Source of the DNA: Eledone cirrhosa
Lineage: Eukaryota
Length of the DNA: 64,000 nucleotides
Direction of reading: 5' to 3'
Assembly (NCBI GenBank): GCA_964016885.1
Contig: OZ024741.1
Span: 277,884,001-277,948,000, forward strand
Below, piece after piece: positions 62,910 to 64,000 of the stretch (position 1 is its first letter; every line of letters starts with the position of its first letter). The position numbers and the translations under genes are program-made. The notes beneath the pieces are model-generated. The model did no database searches, had not been told where the DNA came from, and was given only the letters and a program-made list of their open reading frames with translations.

Positions 62910-64000
62910 GGACTCCCCTCCCAGACGAGAAGTCGAATGACCAAATGAAATCATTGTAGCGAGAACACGAGGAGCAAGGCAAAAGGTACAAGAACATGAA
63001 TGAACAAAACATGAGCAAGCAAATACCAAAATGAGCATGCAAAAATTAATGATAGATATCAAGGTAGCCAACCGCGCTTGGATAGAGAACAACTGGGCAT
63101 CTATCTATCCATCACACAAAGACACAATGTAATCAACCTAAGAAGAAACGTGCAAAGAAACGTGCTCGAACATAGTTATTAAAAAAAAAGCTCAAATGTT
63201 CAAAAATAAAGTTAACATGACAGCAGGAAAGAGAGTGTGTCACCAAGAGAATATATGCAGGTGGTTTCTGGACTGTGGTACAACGTGAAATTCCCAACCT
63301 CCGAAGACGGTGGGATTTTCTCACAGGAAGAGTGCTGCAAAAATAAATTCTTTGTGTTTTGTTCTGCTGGTTTTGGTTGTTAATAAAGCAAAGATGAAGC
63401 TGTGCTGTTGTTGTCTCGCGGAGTGAGCCTATTCGATGTTGTTTCCATTCACAGTAAAAAGTTTCCCAGAAAAAATGAGTTGCGCAAAGTGCTAGAAATA
63501 ACAGCCAAAGTTGATGGTCGATGTTGAGAACGCGTTGACTTGAATGGGTCAAGAGGCCAGCAACCATAGAAATAATCATTCTGAATAAATGCGCAGTTTT
63601 CAACAGTAAATTTACGTGGTAAATTTTTAAACCGGCAAATCGGAGAATATAGCTTAAGGCTGGAGAATCCTTGGCAAGAAACATTATCTATGGCGTGTGT
63701 TATCTCAGTGAGTCGAGATGTGTGCTCTCACACGTACCGAAACAAGGTTGAAAAAAAAAATTTCTATTGCGCGAGAAAATGGCGCGAAAATGATAGTGCA
63801 ACAGGTCGTTGGCAGCCATTTTGAAAGATTTGTGTGTGAACGTGATAATATGATGAAAAAGAAGGAAAGGCTATATTCACTTTGTATATAGCGAGAGATC
63901 AATTTTTTTTTTTGAAAGTGATGAAAAAGTAGCGAAAAAGGCTTTGTTGAATGAGTAAGCTAGCTGTGATGTTCATCAAAATTGACATGTTGAATATAAG

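Overview
Eukaryotic, AT-rich, microsatellite- and retroposon-dense animal genomic DNA, most consistent with an octopod cephalopod (inference from the SINE/LINE landscape and a mollusc-type Pif-like gene). I reconstructed four spliced host genes by hand from GT-AG boundaries: (1) the last five coding exons of NOP14 (+, 832-5516); (2) a complete three-exon SFR1/Mei5 homolog (+, 8793-12682, 310 aa); (3) an unrecognised acidic 167-aa ORF (+, 29900-30403) with a probable 5'-UTR intron; (4) an eight-exon, 426-aa secreted Pif-like protein (-, 47250-32649) with a signal peptide, chitin-binding-type Cys modules and a laminin-G/ConA-like domain but no VWA domain. The six-frame ORF track largely misses gene 4. 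Mobile DNA includes a near-full-length Tx1-clade LINE, two RTE-type LINEs with a PHD-like Cys/His module, a GC-rich RTE with a 9-bp TSD, CR1 and CRE-like RT relics, a Tip100-like hAT nested in a Charlie/Buster-type MITE, piggyBac-like MITEs, a Helitron-like element, the 3' LTR and PPT of a gypsy-like element, and many SINEs. The most notable structures not explained by these are a 390-bp near-perfect inverted repeat and a hammerhead-ribozyme-like motif in introns of the Pif-like gene, a minimal Penelope-type hammerhead, and several perfect fold-back palindromes. All family assignments come from motif recognition, not database searches.
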